NCBI GenBank assembly: GCA_004431415.1
Contig: QPMI01000055.1
Coordinates: 1 to 40,805 of the forward strand
DNA: 40,805 nucleotides
Origin: Cyanophora paradoxa CCMP329
Lineage: Eukaryota; Plantae; Glaucophyta
Direction: 5' to 3'
Under the pieces are notes generated by a model that worked only from the letters and a program-made list of their open reading frames with translations, was not told where the DNA came from and did not search any database. Numbering within the stretch: the first letter of the stretch is position 1; every line of letters begins with the position of its first letter. Positions 35,677 through 40,805 of the stretch are shown one piece after another. A program made the position numbers and the translations under genes.

Positions 35677-36840
35677 TTAAATATCGGTATCATCGATATC
35701 GTTCCGAAGTTTGAATTCATAAACAACTGGAAGGACTACAAGTACCGCTGGACTCGGGAGCCTGTCGGGAGCTTTAATGTAGCTGTAGCTGCAGCCGAGG
35801 GCGCCGGCGGCGCGGGGCCGGACGGAGGCTGGGGCTCTAAGAGAAAGAGCGGGCCGGCGAAGCAGGAGGAGTCCTTTAGGCGGTTCTCGAGGCGGCGCGC
35901 TGGAGGCCGACGGGTCCGGAGACACAGTGGGAGGAGAGGGGCTCGCGATCGAGGTGTGCATCCGGCCGCGGGAGGGTTTCAACTGTAAACTCAGATCCGA
36001 GATCAAGGCCGGCGATGAGGCATTCGGAGTCGATCGGGATCGCGGTTTTCGAAGCGCGAGGCTCCTGAGGAACGCTGGGGAAGCGGGCGGGGGGCTCCCG
36101 GTGCTTGGCGCGGCAGCTGGTGCTCGTGAGAATGATGGGGAGCCGCGCGGGGCGCAGGCGCGAAGGGAATGTCTGCACGATTGCGATTGCGATCAGCGGC
36201 AAGGGGGCGCGGTCAACTGCAGACGGGTGGGGCGGGCGGATCCGGATCTAATTGGAAGCGCTTTAACTAGTTTCAAGTCGACGTCGACGTCGACGTTTGT
36301 GAGCTATAGCTATATGTAGCCACGCGGACATCGATATCGACGAACAAGAAGGGGCGGAGGCGAAGAGGGTGGGGAGACGGTGTCAGACAGAGAGCGAGTC
36401 CAAAGAGGCGCGAACCGTAGGCAGCGTGCCGAGGGCCACGGCGGACGGCCGTTGTGATTGTCTGTTTAATTTGCGAGGGTGAGTTCAGGTCATCGTCTCT
36501 ATGCTCAGGCGCTATTTAGTCGGACCTGGACGAGGCAGAAGAGGAGAGCGGTGGAGGTCGTCGGGGAGACGCGCGGCGGCGATGCAGCGGATGGAGAGGT
36601 GGAGGACGGCGTGGCGGCGGCGCTCGACGCCCACGCGCGGGCGAGGGCGACATCGACGTCTCCACGCGGCGCGGACAGGGCGCCCGTGCCGCGCGAGTCA
36701 CCTCCCAGTTTGCCTTTGCGAGGGACGAGCACTCTCTGAGGGTCAGGAATGGGACGCCGAGTCTGAGGCGACTGCCCGGAGGAGGGCGTTGTGGAGGAGT
36801 GGCGTCGCAGGTTGGCGTCAGAAACCGAATCGATATCCAT
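35677..36840 (-). CDS. Possible second, degenerate F-box-like gene
   Basis: From ATG 36840, frameshift-corrected LHNALLRAVA..VPFLTLRECSSLAKANWEVTRAA..AAW.DVDV loosely resembles an F-box and its tail. A downstream PAFLRSLALR segment is LRR-like. Weak evidence. Confidence 0.3.
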
Positions 36841-38286
36841 ATTTCATAGTATATCAGGGCGAAGGAAGCTAATAGATAAGACTGTGTTTGAAGGCTTCGG
36901 GTATAAAATGATCATGACGTGACCATGATATCGATCATGAGCACCTGATACTGGGAGAAGTCGATGGCGTCAGGGGAGGATGCGGCACGCTCCGCCCACG
37001 CGGCCGCGGCTGGTCCTTAGCGATTTTGTGCCCTTAGCTGGGCTTCGCGACAGCCGCAATTTCTCCCGCGGTCGACGTCGCTGAACTGTCATCGACCGAG
37101 CGTCGAATTCCCACCCTGGCCACGTGGACCGCCTCCAAATCTGCGAACTCGAATTCAGCTACGAAATCGCGCTGGCATTGCTCATGGAAATGTACTGATG
37201 CGCAGTGCGCATGCCTTAAGATTATGTACTTTACACAATTGGATATGAGAGAGACGATACGTACCAGGTCAAAAAAGGCGACGGCGACACGGGGAAAGCG
37301 TGAATCTCGTCGAATTCGGGTCGCGGCGACGTCGACCCGTCTACGTAACGTATACGTAGGAGCCTAGGCCTGCAACTGCGACGATCGCGATCGCGACCAC
37401 AGGAGCGGCCGCGCCGCGGCCGTCTCGCACTCGTCGCTGCTCGGCTTTACGCTTGTTGCCTCGCGCTCCAGGCTCGGCGGGTCGGAGCCTTGTGCTCCTC
37501 GTCGCTCGCGATTGCCGGCAGGCGCTGCGGGGGACGCCGCGGCGTGCATTCCCCGCGATCGCCCTCAGCGCACGGCGCAATGCATCCGCGTCTACGGCCA
37601 ACTCGCGGCGACTGGAAGCGCAACGGGGGTGCGGCCGCGGTCAGGGGCGGGCACGCGCGCCGCTTCTCGGCTCATGCATGGCCCCTCTAGATCTAAAGCT
37701 AGGGCTACTAAGCTAGCGGTTCCAAAGTCGTGCCGGTCATAAACTGCGCATAATCAGCGGCTGGCCATGGCGTAGCCTTGCAGGAATTCGAATGCTGCAG
37801 CTGGTAATGGAACCCGAGGCCTAGGTGTGACTGAGTGAGGCCTATATAGCTAGGCCAGCCGGGGGTGTTCGACACGTGCACATGTTCACAAAACCGGACG
37901 CCTGCAGCTGCTGACCTAGTGCTGAGCTATATATACATCTGCACTGCTGCCACTGCCGCAGTGCGGCATGCAATACTATTAACCAGCCTGGCAGCGGGGC
38001 TCCAGATCCCCGCCGCTCCCGAGTCCCGACTCCCGAGCTTGAGTCCGATCGCGAGCGCGCACTGCGGCACTGCGGCATCCCAGAGCTGGCTCCCGAATCC
38101 CGATCGCGAGTCCGATCCCAGGCTCCCACACTGTGACAGGGGCCCACAGCCTCCCGGAGTCCCAGCCTCCCAGGGCCCAGGCTGACTGACTCAGTGAGGA
38201 GTCCCAGAAGTCGACTCCGGATCCCAGGGAGAGACTCACACTGGGCCAGGCTCCGAGCGCTGTACATCACAGTACATGTACTGCTG

Positions 38287-38523
38287 TAGGACGGCTTAAA
38301 TTGCCGTACAGTAAAATTGCCGAATTCGCCCAAAACCGGAATTGCCGTACGCGTGGCGATAAATTGACGAATTCAGGCTTTCGCTCTATTTGGCGGCAAG
38401 AAAACCCCTACCCCCGGGCCCCAGCTAGCAACATTGCCGCGTCACCGCGTCCGCTAAAAATTGCCGAATTCGGCCTCTCGGCAATTTACGGCAAAATAAA
38501 GCTAACCTAAAAAAGCCATCCTA
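38287..38523. mobile_element. MITE-like element (~237 bp)
   Basis: Terminal inverted TAGGACGGCTT / TAGGATGGCTT (reverse complement). Several AATTGCCG sub-terminal repeats switch to CGGCAATT near the right end. No 8-bp TSD; the terminal TA could be the TSD. Confidence 0.65.
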
Positions 38524-39559
38524 CGTATAGAGTACTATGCCATGATGATATATACTACCTGAGTGATAGGGCACTGCGGCATTGATAGCTAGCGGCTGCA
38601 GGCTCCTACTAGTACTAGGCTACTACTTAGTACTTAGTAGCTACCGCCGCAGCCTACCGTAGTACCGGCCCGGCGGTAGCTATAGCTATAGGCTACCGGT
38701 ATAGCTGGCGGCCGCACGCGCAGCGGCGGACTCCGGGACTTTCCGGGAGGGCCGGCTCAGGCCCGGCTGAGAATCCTGAGATTCTCAGAGTCTGAGAGCC
38801 GGCCCTCTCATGATCAGGCTCGAGCTCCTGCCCGGCCAAGCTAGCTGAGGCCTGATCATCATGGCATGAGGGCCGGCGGACTCCGGCTCACGTACAATGC
38901 CGGCGCCAACTTCCGCCAACTTGGCAAATTAATTGCCCGCAATTGCAACTTGCGCGCATTGCATGCGCATCATCGCGGCCGCCGGGCATGCCAATGAATC
39001 GTGGCAATGATGTCATTGAGGGCCCACGTGCACCCCGGGCCACCCGGCCCAATGAAGGGCCGGCGCGGGCGCCGGGCGGATCCAGAGTCCAGACTCCAGA
39101 GTCCGGAGTCCGGACTCCGGAATCCGGAATCCGGATCCGGGACTCCGGGACTCCGCCGGAGCTTCCGGGCTAGACGCGTACGCGACGGTACCGTAGTACG
39201 CCTCTCAGCCTAGTCTCAGGCCCTCAGCGGCTAAATAATCCTTTTCGCCTGAGAAAAAAGCCTGTTGACGTACACGCCTATAGCTACGTATACTACACGG
39301 TAGTACCGTGACGGTACAAGCCTGTTGACGTACACGCCTACTACCCGGGTACACTTGCGTATAGATATCGATGTATATAAAGGGAAGTCCGAAAAAAAGA
39401 TCTTGCTCACGGATCGGACCACTGCCGAAGTTCGAACACACGGACCAGTGCGGCAGTGCCGAATCGAAAAAAACACCAAATCGTACAACCGTTGAACGTA
39501 GTAAGTTACACTGGAGAACTACTACTAGGCTAGTTAATTTAGTACAGGAAAATAATTAA

Positions 39560-40805
39560 TTTTTTTGGTGAATTACCGGCCACAGTCTCTAGACACCAGC
39601 ACTGCGGGGGCTGCCCAGGGGGCATAAAGACAAAAAAGCAAAATAACTAAGACCAGTGGCCCGGCCGCGTTTGTCGCGCCGGGGGTGCAAGGGGGGAACC
39701 GGGATCTTATGAAAGAGTCGTAGTGGGACGCACATGCGTGCGGCAGATCGACCCCGGCCCACTGGGCCAGTGCGCGCGGGAGGTTGAAGTGTACATGTAA
39801 AGATAAACACAGATTAAGATTGAAAAAAAAGAAAAGGCCCGATAAGCACACGCTGCGATCAAACCGAATAAAGAAAAGCCTCAATGAAAGGCCAGATTCA
39901 GCGCACATTAATTATATTAAAGATTTTTCTGGAGCCAAAAAACGCTGAGTATCAACTGTGTTCATACGGCCTACCGCTAACCCTGAACAGCTGGCTAAAA
40001 GATAATGCATAAAAAGAGGGCTCGCCGTAAACATAGGCGATCCAGGCCTTCTGGAGGGGGTCGGGGCGGAAGTCGACCATGGCCCAGTGGGGGTGAGGGG
40101 CAGCCAGCGGCGCCGGTCCTGAAGAGAGCAGTCTTGCAAGCCTTGAAGAGAGCAGCGGCGCGTGCTCGGTAGGCGGTGCTGCGGCGCAAGCTTGATGCAG
40201 TGAAAAGTAGTCCAGGCGGCACGCCGTGTGTGACGGGTACCGTGCGGCGTACGCGGCGCAGTGCGAGGAAGCGGAAATGTACAGGAGACAGCTAGGGAGA
40301 AGTGGTTCCATGCAGAACCGCGCAAGGGAGAGCCCGGGCCCCGGAGCGAGAGCTCGAGAGAACTTCACTCAGAGAAGTTGGTTTTCCCCTCGAAAACCAC
40401 TTTTCGCGAGTTCGAAAGTGCTCTCGCGAGCTCGACTTCACGGTCGAAAGTCGAGGGCTTACCGGTCCACCGAGCCAATCAGAACGCGAATAACCCGTCA
40501 TTTTTTCCGGTGTTGCAAACTGGACCTCGAAAACGGCCTCATAGAAAACTTTTGGCTGAAGCGAGGAACGGGAAGCAAGGGGGAATCCTTCCCCCCTTGC
40601 AACAAGAGCACGAAGAAAGATAAGACAAAGAGCCAAAATCGACAATAAAAAAGGAAAGACACAGAGCTCGAGACAGATCGATAGCGAGAAGAGACGATAA
40701 ATCGAGCAGATCTAGGGACAGAGGAGAACTGACACGAAGAAGAGCCAGAGCTAGAGATACCATCAATATCAGAAGGAATTACATCACTAAGAAGCGGGGG
40801 ACAAA
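39560..40805 (-). mobile_element. Possible 3' end of a retroelement or other inserted element
   Basis: Abrupt change in style: no short-intron pattern, few palindrome runs, purine-rich + strand. On the - strand it ends ...TAATTCACCAAAAAAA at 39560. G/C hairpins present. No recognisable protein motif. Confidence 0.25.

Noticed and set aside
39258-39340. 23-bp direct repeat AAGCCTGTTGACGTACACGCCTA with a 37-bp spacer, superficially CRISPR-like
   Set aside because: Only two copies, no cas genes, eukaryotic context. A local duplication explains it.

Overview
GC-rich, intron-dense eukaryotic nuclear DNA with many 55-100 bp introns. The style resembles a glaucophyte or algal genome such as Cyanophora, but that is only an impression. 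The ORF track is mostly uninformative, so I spliced the genes by hand. From left to right: (1) the 5' part of an ADCY10/sGC-like class III nucleotidyl cyclase (- strand, runs off the left edge); (2) a UV-damage endonuclease (UVDE, -) head-to-head with a patatin-like phospholipase (+); (3) a cluster of non-autonomous DNA transposons (one hAT-type with an 8-bp TSD, plus nested TA-flanked MITEs); (4) a STAND-type NTPase/TPR gene with no visible cyclase domains or Walker A; (5) a run of cullin-RING-ligase adaptor-like genes: BTB, a Skp1-like gene that may be fused to a degenerate cullin N-terminal region, a second Skp1-like gene, an F-box/LRR gene and possibly a second F-box gene; (6) a three-copy repeat with a conserved hairpin, another MITE and a possible mobile-element end. 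Window-wide oddities are frequent GC-AG introns, runs of palindromic hexamers, a GGGGTAC motif in the first 9 kb, and 1-2 bp deletions in G/C homopolymers in most genes (probably long-read assembly errors). Gene boundaries are approximate, and all family calls come from motif recognition, not database searches.
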